DNA from: Deinococcus sp. | GTDB lineage: Bacteria > Deinococcota > Deinococci > Deinococcales > Deinococcaceae | DNA: 64,000 nucleotides | NCBI GenBank assembly: GCA_965261005.1 | Contig: OZ253376.1 | Coordinates: 64,001 to 128,000 of the forward strand | Reading direction: 5' to 3' | In this document: one piece after another, positions 9,843-19,946 of the stretch | How positions within the stretch are numbered: position 1 is the stretch's first letter | Layout of the letters: the number at the start of each line of letters is the position of its first letter | Notes under the pieces: generated by a model | Told to the model about the DNA's origin: nothing | What the model saw: only the letters and a program-made list of their open reading frames with translations | Databases searched by the model: none | Translations under genes and position numbers: made by a program

Positions 9843-11156
9843 TTAAAGACAGTCTTGACGCTTGTAATCAGCCATCCGGCCGCCCACCAAGCCCAAGTCC
9901 TTTCTTAGAGCGCTCACGCCGAGCGCGCCGAAAAGCTGGCAATCGAGGGCGCGCTCGGTGTACTCGACGTTCAGCACCAGCTTGCCGCGCTTGGTGTACT
10001 CGGCGAGCGGCCCGCACTCGTCGAACTGCTGGCATTCCTCGTTGAGCATGGCGTCAAACTTGTCCACCAACAGGTGACCAGTCCGGTCCTTGCTCAGAAT
10101 TTTGTCCGGGCCGTTCTTTTGAAACACGGCCAGCCCCTCACGGTGGGCCGCGTCGGCGATCCAGCCGTTGAAGTCAACCTGTTGCCGGGCCGTGATCACG
10201 CCGCCACGGACGTTCTCGTCGTTTTGCAGGTTGTCGGGTTCGACGGCGTCGAAGCCCTTGGCTTTGCACATCCGGAGGCGTTCCGTGAGCAGCTGGGCCA
10301 ACACCGAATTCGGCCGGAACACGTCTCGCACGTCCAGAAAGTATTCCCTCGGCCAGTCGGGGTCCTGCTGAAGCTTGAGGGCCTCGGGATAGCGCCCCGC
10401 GTCGGGGCGGTCCGGCTCCCAGCTGCCCGCGTCGATATAGCACACCGTGTAGACGCCTTGGCGCTTCAGGGCCGCGACCTTGGCGGCCGAGATGGCAAAG
10501 CCGTCCAGGTCCAGCAGCTGAACACCGGGGATAACCGTCACGTCGGCGTCGGTGTTCGCGCCGATCTGCCAGTCCCACCTGACCTTGCCCGCCGGCGGCG
10601 GCGTGACGCCGCGCGTCGGTTGGGAAACGGCTGGGATGGCGGGAACAGCCGGCGCCGTCAGCGCGCTTTCGCCCTCGATCACGTTCAAGGTGACCTCGGC
10701 GACCGTACCCGGCCGGCCGGCAGCGCGCGCACGGGCGTAGGGCGTCGCGGTCAGGACGTGAGCGCCCAGGCTGGGCGTCCAGCTGCGGTACTTGCCCTGA
10801 TCGTCGCCCGCGAGGGCAAAGGGGAGAATGTTTTCGGTGCGGGCGCCACCGTCGAGTTCAAAGCGGACGCTGGCCGCCCCGCGCGTCCGGGCTTGCACGT
10901 TCAAATGACGCCCGAGTTTGCTCAGGTCGAGCGTGGCCCCGGCGGGGATGGGGTCATATCCCGCGACGGCCCGGTTCGTGTCAGCGTCGATCAAGACGAG
11001 CTTCGTGACGGCGGGCGCGGCCAGGCGCTGCGCCTCCACCGTTCCCAGCTCGACGGCCGTTGGGGCTGACGCCGGCAGCGCCCGCGGCTCGGCCGTTCTG
11101 GCACAGGCCGTTAACATTCCAAACAAAGCGGTGAGCCAGAGGATGTTCTTGACCAT
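9843..11156 (-). CDS. GH114 endo-alpha-1,4-polygalactosaminidase (Ega3-like) lipoprotein with N-terminal Ig-like domain
   Basis: LTAC lipobox; WDWQI, VCYIDAGSWEPDRPD, CKAKGFDAVEPDN, QKNG, NEEC, VLNVEY. Confidence 0.88.
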   Translation of the reverse strand: MVKNILWLTALFGMLTACARTAEPRALPASAPTAVELGTVEAQRLAAPAVTKLVLIDADTNRAVAGYDPIPAGATLDLSKLGRHLNVQARTRGAASVRFELDGGARTENILPFALAGDDQGKYRSWTPSLGAHVLTATPYARARAAGRPGTVAEVTLNVIEGESALTAPAVPAIPAVSQPTRGVTPPPAGKVRWDWQIGANTDADVTVIPGVQLLDLDGFAISAAKVAALKRQGVYTVCYIDAGSWEPDRPDAGRYPEALKLQQDPDWPREYFLDVRDVFRPNSVLAQLLTERLRMCKAKGFDAVEPDNLQNDENVRGGVITARQQVDFNGWIADAAHREGLAVFQKNGPDKILSKDRTGHLLVDKFDAMLNEECQQFDECGPLAEYTKRGKLVLNVEYTERALDCQLFGALGVSALRKDLGLVGGRMADYKRQDCL

Positions 11157-11323
11157 GTGGACGCTCCTTCACCGGCCGGTTGCCCCGGCCTTCACCGCCA
11201 AGCATATCTGAAGATAACATTAAAGTTTTGCGCAAAAGTCTATAAAGCGGCGCTCATGGAAAAGCGACGCCACTTTGAGAGTCCAAGTCCACAGCAAGCC
11301 GCACCTGGGCTAAGGTAAACGCC

Positions 11324-12250
11324 GTGAATGAGACGAGGGTGCGGCCCTTTCAGATCGTCTGCGTCGGCGGCGCGGTGCTCGACCGCAAGTACCGGGGCCT
11401 CGGGCCGCTCTTAATGGGCACCTCGAACCCGGCGGCGGGGGAGCGTTCTTACGGCGGGGTGGCGCGCAACGTGGCGGAGAACTTGGCCCGCCTCGGGGTG
11501 CGCGTCTCGCTGCTGAGCTTGCTGGGCGACGACGCGGCCGGGCGGGCGGTCCTGGACCACACGGCGGGCGTGGGTGTGGACGTGAGCGCCTGTCAGGTGT
11601 TGCCTGGAGAACGCACCGCCGAGTACGTGGCCGTCTTGCAGCCGAATGGCGAGCTGCTGCTGGCCCTGGCGGATATGGCCATTTTCGACGCCCTGACGCC
11701 GGGGCAGCTGGAGGGGCGCTTGAACAGCGACTTTGTGTTCGCCGACTGCAACTTGCCGGCGGAAACGCTGGAGGCGCTGATCCGGCGAGGTGCCCCTTTC
11801 CGGCTGGCCCTGGACGCCGTGAGCGTGCCAAAGGCAGCCAAGCTGCCCCCGGACCTGCGCGGCGTGGACCTTCTGTTTCTCAACCGCGACCAGGGGGCAG
11901 CGCTGACGGGCGAACGTGAGCCGGCGGAGGTGGCCCGGGCGTTGCAGGAGCGCGGGGCCGCGAGCGTCGTGCTGACCCTCGGGCCGGGCGGGGTGGTCGT
12001 CGCGGCGGGCGAAACGCTCTCGCACCTGCCCGCCCCGAAGGTAGAGGTCGTGGACGTGACGGGGGCGGGCGACGCCCTGATCGCCGGGACGCTGTATGGT
12101 CTGCTGCGGGGCGGGGCGCTGCCGGAGGCGGCGCGGCTGGGCCAACGGGCCGCGCGGCTCGCGCTGGAAAGTGGGGCGAGCGTCCCCCCCGACCTCAGCC
12201 CCGAACGCCTTGGCCCGGACGACTTGGGAGGTCCATATGAACGCCCTTGA
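11324..12250 (+). CDS. psuK: PfkB-family kinase, probable pseudouridine kinase
   Basis: [23 protein letters not shown]; overlaps psuG. Confidence 0.8.
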   Translation: MNETRVRPFQIVCVGGAVLDRKYRGLGPLLMGTSNPAAGERSYGGVARNVAENLARLGVRVSLLSLLGDDAAGRAVLDHTAGVGVDVSACQVLPGERTAEYVAVLQPNGELLLALADMAIFDALTPGQLEGRLNSDFVFADCNLPAETLEALIRRGAPFRLALDAVSVPKAAKLPPDLRGVDLLFLNRDQGAALTGEREPAEVARALQERGAASVVLTLGPGGVVVAAGETLSHLPAPKVEVVDVTGAGDALIAGTLYGLLRGGALPEAARLGQRAARLALESGASVPPDLSPERLGPDDLGGPYERP

Positions 12251-13163
12251 CTACTTAGAGCTGCACGAGGAGGTGCGCGCGGCGCTGTCGGCCGGTTTGC
12301 CGGTCGTGGCGCTGGAGTCCACCATCATCTCGCACGGAATGCCCCATCCGCAGAACTTGGAGACGGCCCGCGCCGTGGAGGCCGTTGTGCGCGAGTACGG
12401 CGCCGTGCCCGCCACGGTCGCCGTGCTGGACGGCAAAATTCACGTCGGTTTGGACACGGAGGCCCTGGAGCGGGTGGCCACCGAGCCGGGCGTCCAGAAG
12501 GTGAGCCGCCGCGACCTTCCGGTCGTGCTTTCCAGGCGCTTGACCGGCGCGACGACGGTGGCCGCCACCATGATCGCGGCGAACTTGGCGGGCGTCCGCA
12601 TTTTCGCCACCGGGGGCATCGGCGGCGTCCACCGGGGCGGGGAGAGCAGCCTGGACGTGTCCGCCGACCTGGCCGAGCTGGCGCGCACGGACGTGGCGGT
12701 CGTCTGCGCGGGGGCCAAGGCAATTTTGGATTTGCCGCGCACGCTGGAGTACCTGGAGACACGCGGCGTGCCGGTGCTGGGCTACCGCACCGACGACTTT
12801 CCCGCCTTTTATACGCGGGACAGCGGCCTCTCGGTGGACGCGCGGCTCGACTCGCCCGCCGAGGTGGCCGCCGCGCTGCGGACGAAGTGGGACCTGGGCC
12901 TCGCGGGCGGCGTTTTGATCGCCAACCCGGTGCCGGAGGGGGACGCCATGCCGAGGGCGGACATCGACGGGGCCATCGGGCGGGCGCTGGGCGAGGCCGA
13001 GGCCCAGCGCATCTCGGGCAAGGACGTGACGCCCTTCCTGCTCGCCCGCGTGGCCGAGCTGACGGAGGGCGCCAGCCTGCGCACCAACATCGCCTTGGTA
13101 AAGCACAACGCGCGGGTGGCGGCCCAGATCGCCGTGGCGCTCACCGGCGTGGGGGTGGGGTAG
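12237..13163 (+). CDS. psuG: pseudouridine-5'-phosphate glycosidase
   Basis: [49 protein letters not shown]. Confidence 0.95.
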   Translation: MNALDYLELHEEVRAALSAGLPVVALESTIISHGMPHPQNLETARAVEAVVREYGAVPATVAVLDGKIHVGLDTEALERVATEPGVQKVSRRDLPVVLSRRLTGATTVAATMIAANLAGVRIFATGGIGGVHRGGESSLDVSADLAELARTDVAVVCAGAKAILDLPRTLEYLETRGVPVLGYRTDDFPAFYTRDSGLSVDARLDSPAEVAAALRTKWDLGLAGGVLIANPVPEGDAMPRADIDGAIGRALGEAEAQRISGKDVTPFLLARVAELTEGASLRTNIALVKHNARVAAQIAVALTGVGVG

Positions 13164-14105
13164 TCAGGCGGACGCGACCTCGAAGCTGAGCTGGACGCGG
13201 TTTGCGCCCGCGTCCAGCTCCTCGCGGGGCGGCCCGGCGGCGGCCCACGAAATCACGTCCTGCCAAAAGTGCCGGGCCGGCGCGTTGCGCTCGTGAAACG
13301 CCAGCGTCCACCGTCCGGGCCGTTCGCGCAGCACCTCCAAGGCGACGCGCCGGCCCAGCCCGCCGCCACGCCGGGCGCGCACGATGTGAAACTCGGCCAA
13401 GGCGTGCGCCGCCCCGCCCTCAAGCCGGCGCACCAGCGCGAAGCCGGCGGGGGCGCGGTCTACCCGCAGCAGGTAGGGATGGTGGCCGGCCTCTTGCCAG
13501 TACGCCCCGAAGTGCGGATAGGGGTAATGCCCCTGTTCGTCGAGGTCGCCGCCTTGGTAAAAGCTCAGCTCGTGTAGGTGAAGCTGAAGCAGGTTGTGCA
13601 GCACCGCCCTTTCTTCGCGCGCCGCGAGGTGCAGGTCGTAGGCGACCGGCCCGCCTTCCGGCGTTTCCAAACCGAAACGCCCCGAGCGCAACAGCGTGTC
13701 CCAACGTGCGAGCGCTCCGGCCAGCTGGGCGCGCTCGGCGTCCAACTGCGCGACCAGCGTGCGCGTGATGGCGTCCACCCGGCGCGCGCCGGGGCGCGTG
13801 AGCCGCAGCAGCGTCCGTTGCCCGCGCGCCGGGTCGGGAGCGCGGCTCACCAGCCCGGCCTTTTCGGCGCGCTGCGACAAGCCGACGGCGCTGTTGTGGG
13901 TGATGTGCAGTTCCCGCGCGACCTCCCCCACGCTGACGCCCCCCGGCGCGCTGGCGAGCAGCACCAACAGCAGGTACTGCCGCGCGGTCACGCCGCCGCG
14001 CTTGACGCGCGCCTCGCTGGCCGAATCGAACTCGGTCAGGGCGCAGTAAAAGCCCGCCAGAATCTTGTAGGCCGCCGCAGGAATCTGCGTGGACGCGCTG
14101 AGCAT
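13164..14105 (-). CDS. MarR HTH - GNAT acetyltransferase fusion
   Basis: N-terminal VTARQYLLL...HNSAVGLSQRAEKAGLVSR; C-terminal AEFHIVRARRGGGLG, NAPARHFW; start could be 14141. Confidence 0.8.
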   Translation of the reverse strand: MLSASTQIPAAAYKILAGFYCALTEFDSASEARVKRGGVTARQYLLLVLLASAPGGVSVGEVARELHITHNSAVGLSQRAEKAGLVSRAPDPARGQRTLLRLTRPGARRVDAITRTLVAQLDAERAQLAGALARWDTLLRSGRFGLETPEGGPVAYDLHLAAREERAVLHNLLQLHLHELSFYQGGDLDEQGHYPYPHFGAYWQEAGHHPYLLRVDRAPAGFALVRRLEGGAAHALAEFHIVRARRGGGLGRRVALEVLRERPGRWTLAFHERNAPARHFWQDVISWAAAGPPREELDAGANRVQLSFEVASA

Positions 14106-14362
14106 GGCGGCAGTCTGGGCGCCCGGACGGCGCTTGTCCACTGCTCGGGACGTTGGATGCGCTCTTTATAAGAGCTTTCTCAGACAAGGCGCGCCGAGCA
14201 AGCGACCATCGAGGTTTTGAACGTGTCCCAGCAGAAAGTTCAACGCTTCATCTGGTGCTCAGCAAATGAGAAAACTTTTAATATCGGTTAAGCCGAGCGG
14301 CTGTACGCGCACTCGGCGAAACGGTTAGCGTGGCCATGTCGTCCCGCGACAAAGGAGGGAAC

Positions 14363-15433
14363 ATGGCCGCCCGTCCGCCGCCGCTTTTCGTTTCGGTTTT
14401 GGCCTTTTTGCTGGCCCTTTTGCTGGCGGGGAGCTTCGGCGCCCTCGCCCAGGGAGCGGCACAGGCCACACCTGGGGCGTCCCCCGTACCCTCCATCTTC
14501 GCGCCGGAGGGTCCCGAGGCTTCCCGCGTCGCCACCTGGGGCTGGATTCTGTTTTCGGTTGCGGCCGTGGTGTTCGTGGTCGTGGTCGCGCTGATCCTGT
14601 TCGCGCTGCTGCGGCGCGGGCTTGGGCGCCGGGCGAACGACCACCAGCAGCTGCCGCCCGAAAGCGAGCGGCGCTGGTTCGCCTTTGTGCTGATCGCGGG
14701 CGCCATCATTCCCGCCATCACCGTCAGCACCGTGATGGGCGTCAACATCTACAGCGAGCGGGCCGTCGCGCACGAGGCGCGGCAGCCGGCCCTGACCATT
14801 CAGGTGGTCGGGCACCAATGGTGGTGGGAGGTGTACTACCCCGGCCGGGGGTTCACGACCGCCAACGAGGTTCACGTGCCGGTGGGGCGGCCCGTGCAGC
14901 TCAAGCTCAACTCGGCGGACGTGATCCACTCGTTCTGGGTGCCGCAGCTGTCCCCCAAGTACGACTTGATTCCGGGACAGACCAACACCCTGGTCTTCAC
15001 GGCGGCCAAGGCCGGAACGTACCGCGGCCAGTGCGCCGAGTTCTGCGGCCTTCAGCACGCCAACATGGCCTTTATGGTGGTGGCCGAGAGCCAGGCGGAC
15101 TTCGACAGCTGGGCGGCCACCCAGACGCGGCCCGCCCCGCCGCCCGCCGCCAACAGCGCCGTGTTGCAGGGGCAGCAGATTTTCCTGGGGTCGGCCTGCG
15201 TGTATTGCCACGCCGTGCGCGGCACCAACGCCTCCAGCCGCCTTGGCCCGGACCTGACCCATGTCGCCTCGCGCCTCACTATCGGGGCGGGCGCCCTTCA
15301 GAACAACTACGGCAACTTGGCGGGCTGGGTCGTGAACGCCCAGGCGATCAAGCCGGGCAACAAGATGCCGCCCATGTACCTGTCCAGCGGGGAACTGCAC
15401 ACGCTGATGACCTATCTGGAGACGTTGCGATGA
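14363..15433 (+). CDS. ctaC: cytochrome c oxidase subunit II fused to cytochrome c (caa3-type)
   Basis: GHQWWW, DVIHSFWVP, CAEFCGLQHANM (CuA), CVYCH...KMP. Confidence 0.93.
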   Translation: MAARPPPLFVSVLAFLLALLLAGSFGALAQGAAQATPGASPVPSIFAPEGPEASRVATWGWILFSVAAVVFVVVVALILFALLRRGLGRRANDHQQLPPESERRWFAFVLIAGAIIPAITVSTVMGVNIYSERAVAHEARQPALTIQVVGHQWWWEVYYPGRGFTTANEVHVPVGRPVQLKLNSADVIHSFWVPQLSPKYDLIPGQTNTLVFTAAKAGTYRGQCAEFCGLQHANMAFMVVAESQADFDSWAATQTRPAPPPAANSAVLQGQQIFLGSACVYCHAVRGTNASSRLGPDLTHVASRLTIGAGALQNNYGNLAGWVVNAQAIKPGNKMPPMYLSSGELHTLMTYLETLR

Positions 15434-15458
15434 AAAACTTTTGTGTCGGGGAGGCCGT

Positions 15459-17918
15459 ATGGCGCGCACGCTTGAGGGGCTGAGGGAACGCTGGGAGCCG
15501 CCGGCCGGCCTCAGCAAGTGGCTGGGCACGGTGGACCACAAGACCATCGGGGTGCGCTACATCTTCACGGCCTTTGTATTTTTTCTGCTGGGCGGTTTGG
15601 AGGCGCTGATGATGCGGCTGCAACTGGCCTTTCCCGGGCAACGGCTGCTGAGTCCCGAAGCCTACAACCAGACCTTCTCGATGCACGGCACCACCATGAT
15701 CTTTCTGTTCGCCACGCCCATCCTGTTCGGGCTGGGCAACTACTTCGTGCCGCTGCTGATCGGGGCGCGCGACATGGCCTACCCGCGCGCCAACGCCCTG
15801 AGCTACTGGGTATTTCTGTTCGGCGGGCTGTTTTTGTATGCCAGCTTTCTGATCGGGCGGGCGCCCGACGCGGGCTGGTTCTCGTACGTACCGCTGTCCA
15901 CCCGCGCCTACTCGACGGGGCCGGGCCTCGACTTCTGGTCGCTCGCGCTGCTGTTCCTGGGCATCGCCACCACGGTCGGGTCGGCCAACTTCATCGTCAC
16001 CATTTTCAAGCTGCGCGCCCCCGGCATGAGCGTCTCGCGCATCCCGCTGTTTTGCTGGACCATCATGGTCACGGCCTTTACGGTGATCTTCGCGCTGCCC
16101 ATTCTGAACGCCGCCAACCTGCTGCTCATTCTGGAGCGCCAATTGGGCTGGCACTTCTTCGATCCGGCCTACGGCGGCCAGCCGCTGTTGTGGCAACACC
16201 TGTTTTGGCTGTTCGGGCACCCGGACGTGTACATCATCGCGCTGCCTGCCTTTGGCATCCTCTCGGAGGTCATCGCCGCCTTTTCGCGCCGTCCCGTCGT
16301 GGCCTTTGTGCTGGTGGCGATGTCCTCGGTCGCCACCGGCATCATCGGCTTCGGCGTGTGGGCGCACCACATGTTCGCGGTGGGCATGTCGCCGCTGGCC
16401 ACCTCCTTTTTCAGCGCGTCCTCCTTTGTGATCGTGGTTCCGGCGGGCATCCAGATTTTTGCCTGGACGTCCACTTTGATCACCGGACGGCTCAACGTCA
16501 AGACGCCGCTGCTGTTCGCGATGGGCGCGCTGGTGGTGCTGACCGTCGGCGGCCTCTCGGGCATGACCTACCCGCTGATCGCCTTTGATAGGCAGGTGAC
16601 CGACTCCTACTACGTGGTCGCCCACCTGCACTACGTCCTGATCGGCGGCATGGTCTTTCCGCTGTTCGCCGCGCTGTACTACTGGCTGCCCAAGATCACC
16701 GGGCGGCTGCTCAGCGAGACCTGGGGCGCCATCACTTTTTGGATCATCTTCATCGGCTTCAACCTGGCCTTTTTTCCCATGCACATTCAGGGGTTGCTGG
16801 GCATGCCGCGCCGGGTCTACACCTATCAAGACAGCCTGGGCTGGAGCGGCCTCAACCTGCTCGAAACGGTTGGCGCCTTTATTCTGGGCTTTGGCATCCT
16901 GTCCTTTATTTTCAACTTTTGGCAGAGCTTGCGCGGCGGCCAGCTCGCCGGGCCGAACCCGTGGGGCGCGGGCACCCTGGAGTGGGCCACGCCGTCGCCG
17001 CCCCCGCCGTACAACTTCCGCACCCTGCCCCTGGTACGCGGCGCCTACCCTATCTGGGACGCCGAGCGCACGGGCGTGGGCTTGTGGGATTCGCGCGATC
17101 CCACCGACCCTTACGAGCACCAAACGCTGTCCACGGACCTCTTGACCGGGCAGCCGCAGGACAGGGTGCCGCTGCCGCGCTACTCGCTGGAACCCTTTTG
17201 GCTGGCGGTGGGCATCGCGACCGTGTTCGTCGGGGCGCTGCTGAGCCTTCTATGGGTGATGATCGTGGGCGGCGCGCTCGCGGTCGCCATGATCTTTTTG
17301 TGGATGCGCCCGGTGCTCGAAAAGCGTGAGCAGACCACCGAGGACCAGCGCGACGACCCGCACGCCCTGCCCCGCTGGGGCCTGATCATGCTGATCCTGA
17401 CCGAGACCGCCCTGTTCGGCGGCCTGGTCGCGTCGTGGTATTACCTGGAGGTCAACGCCGCGCTGTGGCCACCGAACGGCGTCAAGCTGCCCGAGCTGGC
17501 TATTCCCATCATCAATACCGCCCTGCTGCTGTCCAGCTCGGTCACCATTATCTTCGCGGGGCGCGGCCTCAGAAACGACAACCGCCGCACCGCGATGCTG
17601 GGCGTCGCGGCCAGCTTCGTGCTGGGCGCGGCCTTTTTGGGTTTGCAAATCTACGAGTTCGTCAGCGCCGACTTCGCCCCGACCGACCACGCCTACGGCT
17701 CGACTTGGTTCACGGTGCTGGGGCTGCACGGCCTTCACGTGCTGGTGGGCCTCTTGCTGATGCTGGCCCTGCTGTACTGGCTGCGGAGGGGCTACTTTAC
17801 CAAGGACCGCCACACCACCGTTCACACCGTCAGCTTGTACTGGCACTTCGTGGACGCGGTGTGGGTGATCCTGATCCTGCCCGCCATCTACCTGTCGCCG
17901 TACCTGGGAAGGCACTGA
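15459..17918 (+). CDS. ctaD: heme-copper oxidase subunit I fused to subunit III
   Basis: SMHGT, GHPDVY, VWAHHM, VAHLHY, GMPRR; C-terminal GLHGLHV and LYWHFVDAVW (subunit III). Confidence 0.93.
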   Translation: MARTLEGLRERWEPPAGLSKWLGTVDHKTIGVRYIFTAFVFFLLGGLEALMMRLQLAFPGQRLLSPEAYNQTFSMHGTTMIFLFATPILFGLGNYFVPLLIGARDMAYPRANALSYWVFLFGGLFLYASFLIGRAPDAGWFSYVPLSTRAYSTGPGLDFWSLALLFLGIATTVGSANFIVTIFKLRAPGMSVSRIPLFCWTIMVTAFTVIFALPILNAANLLLILERQLGWHFFDPAYGGQPLLWQHLFWLFGHPDVYIIALPAFGILSEVIAAFSRRPVVAFVLVAMSSVATGIIGFGVWAHHMFAVGMSPLATSFFSASSFVIVVPAGIQIFAWTSTLITGRLNVKTPLLFAMGALVVLTVGGLSGMTYPLIAFDRQVTDSYYVVAHLHYVLIGGMVFPLFAALYYWLPKITGRLLSETWGAITFWIIFIGFNLAFFPMHIQGLLGMPRRVYTYQDSLGWSGLNLLETVGAFILGFGILSFIFNFWQSLRGGQLAGPNPWGAGTLEWATPSPPPPYNFRTLPLVRGAYPIWDAERTGVGLWDSRDPTDPYEHQTLSTDLLTGQPQDRVPLPRYSLEPFWLAVGIATVFVGALLSLLWVMIVGGALAVAMIFLWMRPVLEKREQTTEDQRDDPHALPRWGLIMLILTETALFGGLVASWYYLEVNAALWPPNGVKLPELAIPIINTALLLSSSVTIIFAGRGLRNDNRRTAMLGVAASFVLGAAFLGLQIYEFVSADFAPTDHAYGSTWFTVLGLHGLHVLVGLLLMLALLYWLRRGYFTKDRHTTVHTVSLYWHFVDAVWVILILPAIYLSPYLGRH

Positions 17919-17928
17919 TGTTGATGTG

Positions 17929-17967
17929 CCCCTCACCCCCAGCCCCTCTCCCCTTGCGGGAGCGGGA
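17929..17967. repeat. REP-like palindrome (CCCTCACCCC...CCTCTCCC...GGGAG type)
   Basis: CCCCTCACCCCCAGCCCCTCTCCCCTTGCGGGAGCGGGA, intergenic. Confidence 0.45.
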
Positions 17968-17985
17968 CGGAAGAGAGGTCTCCCG

Positions 17986-18354
17986 ATGACCCAGCAGTCC
18001 GACCTGTTGGGCAAGCTGGGGCAGGTGCCCAGGTGGCACTTCTGGTTCGCGCTGCTCGCGGCGCCGCTGGCGTGGTTCGCGCAGATCAACCTCGGCCTGG
18101 CCTTTACGCCGCTGGCCTGCGGCGGCAACCCGTGGCCGCTGTACGTGCTGAACGCGGCGGTCCTGCTGATCGCCGTGGCCGGTTTGCTGGTCGCGCTGCG
18201 GCTGCAAGGGCAGAACGAACAGCCGCAGGGCGTGGCGGAACGGGTCACGCGCTACCTGGGCCGCTTCAGCGCCTGGGGCAACGCCATCTACGTCTTCGTG
18301 GTCGTGATGACCGGCGTGGTCACGCTGCTGGTGCAGGCGTGCAGGTTGAGCTGA
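17986..18354 (+). CDS. small membrane protein (oxidase accessory)
   Basis: Three hydrophobic segments; GAGG RBS; TGA/ATG overlap with ctaG. Confidence 0.7.
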   Translation: MTQQSDLLGKLGQVPRWHFWFALLAAPLAWFAQINLGLAFTPLACGGNPWPLYVLNAAVLLIAVAGLLVALRLQGQNEQPQGVAERVTRYLGRFSAWGNAIYVFVVVMTGVVTLLVQACRLS

Positions 18355-19280
18355 TGCGCAGATACATCTGCGCTATCGCGCTCGCCGCGTCGGGCGGGGC
18401 GGGGGCGCACGGCCTGGGCACGCCGGGGAGCGCCAGCTTGTGGCTGCCCCTGAGCCTCGCGGCGGTCGGGCTGCTGTACGCCTGGGGCCTGTACGCGCTG
18501 TGGCGTCGGGCCGGGGTCGGGCGCGGCGTGCCGGTTTGGCGGGCGCTGGCCTACTTCGCGGGCGTGGAGGTGCTGACGTTCGCCCTGACCGTTCTCGATG
18601 GCCGCGCCGACACCTTCTTCGCGTGGCACATGGTCCAGCACCTGCTGCTGATCACGGTCGCGGCGCCCCTCCTGGTCCTGGGTACGCCGCTGTACGTGCT
18701 GGCCTGGGTCCTGCCGCTGGCGTGGCGGCGCCGGGCAGCCCGCGCTTGGCACCGGGCGCCCGTTCTGCGCTCGCTGTGGGCCTGGCTCGGCCATCCCGTG
18801 ACGGTGTGGCTGCTGGCGACGGTCGTGTTTTGGGCTTGGCACGTGCCCCCCTTCTACGAGGCCGCCGTGCGCGACGACCGCTTGCACGCCCTGGAACACC
18901 TCAGCTTTGTGGTGACGGCCGCGCTGTTCTGGTGGGTGGCGCTGCAACCGCAGGGGCGGCGCAGCTTGTCGCTGGGGGTGGGCGTGGTGTACCTGTTCGT
19001 GACCGCGCTGCAAGGCAGCTTGCTGGGCGCGCTGCTGGTCTTTGCCCGCGCGCCGCTGTACGCGGGCTACGCCGGGCGGGCGCTCGCGGGGGGCCGCGAT
19101 CCCCTGACGGACCAGCAGCTGGCGGGCCTGGTGATGTGGATCCCGTCGGGCGTGGTCTACCTCAGCCTGGCCGCCGTCTTTTTCGTGCGCTGGCTGCGCG
19201 ACGAGGAGCAGGGGCAGCGGGCGCGCGAAGGGCGCGACCAAACGACTCAAGCAGGGACAACTCGGGGAGGTGCAGCGTGA
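18354..19280 (+). CDS. ctaG: caa3-type cytochrome c oxidase assembly factor
   Basis: HMVQHLLLITVAAPLLVLG, WAWHVP, HALEHLSF, DQQLAGLVMWIP. Confidence 0.9.
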   Translation: MRRYICAIALAASGGAGAHGLGTPGSASLWLPLSLAAVGLLYAWGLYALWRRAGVGRGVPVWRALAYFAGVEVLTFALTVLDGRADTFFAWHMVQHLLLITVAAPLLVLGTPLYVLAWVLPLAWRRRAARAWHRAPVLRSLWAWLGHPVTVWLLATVVFWAWHVPPFYEAAVRDDRLHALEHLSFVVTAALFWWVALQPQGRRSLSLGVGVVYLFVTALQGSLLGALLVFARAPLYAGYAGRALAGGRDPLTDQQLAGLVMWIPSGVVYLSLAAVFFVRWLRDEEQGQRAREGRDQTTQAGTTRGGAA

Positions 19281-19924
19281 ACCGTCTTTTGCCGTGGCTG
19301 TTGTCCGCCGTCTTCGGGGCGCTGTGGTGGTGCGGGCGCCGCGCGAAAAGGGCCAAAACGGTGGTGCTCGTTCCCCGGCGCGAACGGCGCCGTGAGCCGG
19401 CCCACACCCCTCAGCGGCGCTTTCCGAACGAGGACCCCGGCCTGCGAATCGCGGAGGCTGAGCCGGGGTCGGCGCACCTCGGCGCCCGGCGGCGCTGGAT
19501 GTGGGCCGGCGCGGGCATCGTCGCCCTCGGCCTCACGACGCTGGTGCTGTCCGCCGCCTACAACCGCATTCCCGTCACGCCCGACCCGAACGCGCAGACC
19601 GGCATTCCCGCCGACGGCCCCTCCACCTGGACGGCCCTGGCCGGCGCCGACCCCGCGCGGGCGCCCGCGCTGTTCCGCTCTTACGGCTGCGTCGGCTGCC
19701 ACGTGATTCCGGGCATTCCCGGCGCCTACGGCCACGTCGGGCCGAACCTGAACCACCTCTTCGACCACGCCCTGATCGCGGGCGTGCTGGAGAACACCCC
19801 GGAGAATTTGGTCCACTGGATTCGCGTGCCGCAACAGGTGGACCCCCGTACCGGCATGCCCAACCTCGGCGTGAAAGAGCAGGACGGCCTCGACATGGCC
19901 ACCTACCTGCAAACGTTCAAGTGA
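19277..19924 (+). CDS. membrane-anchored c-type cytochrome
   Basis: GTG start after GGAGG; YGCVGCHVIPGI, VGPNL, TGMPNLG. Confidence 0.85.
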   Translation: MNRLLPWLLSAVFGALWWCGRRAKRAKTVVLVPRRERRREPAHTPQRRFPNEDPGLRIAEAEPGSAHLGARRRWMWAGAGIVALGLTTLVLSAAYNRIPVTPDPNAQTGIPADGPSTWTALAGADPARAPALFRSYGCVGCHVIPGIPGAYGHVGPNLNHLFDHALIAGVLENTPENLVHWIRVPQQVDPRTGMPNLGVKEQDGLDMATYLQTFK

Positions 19925-19946
19925 GCAAGCGCTCAAGTGAGGTCCT

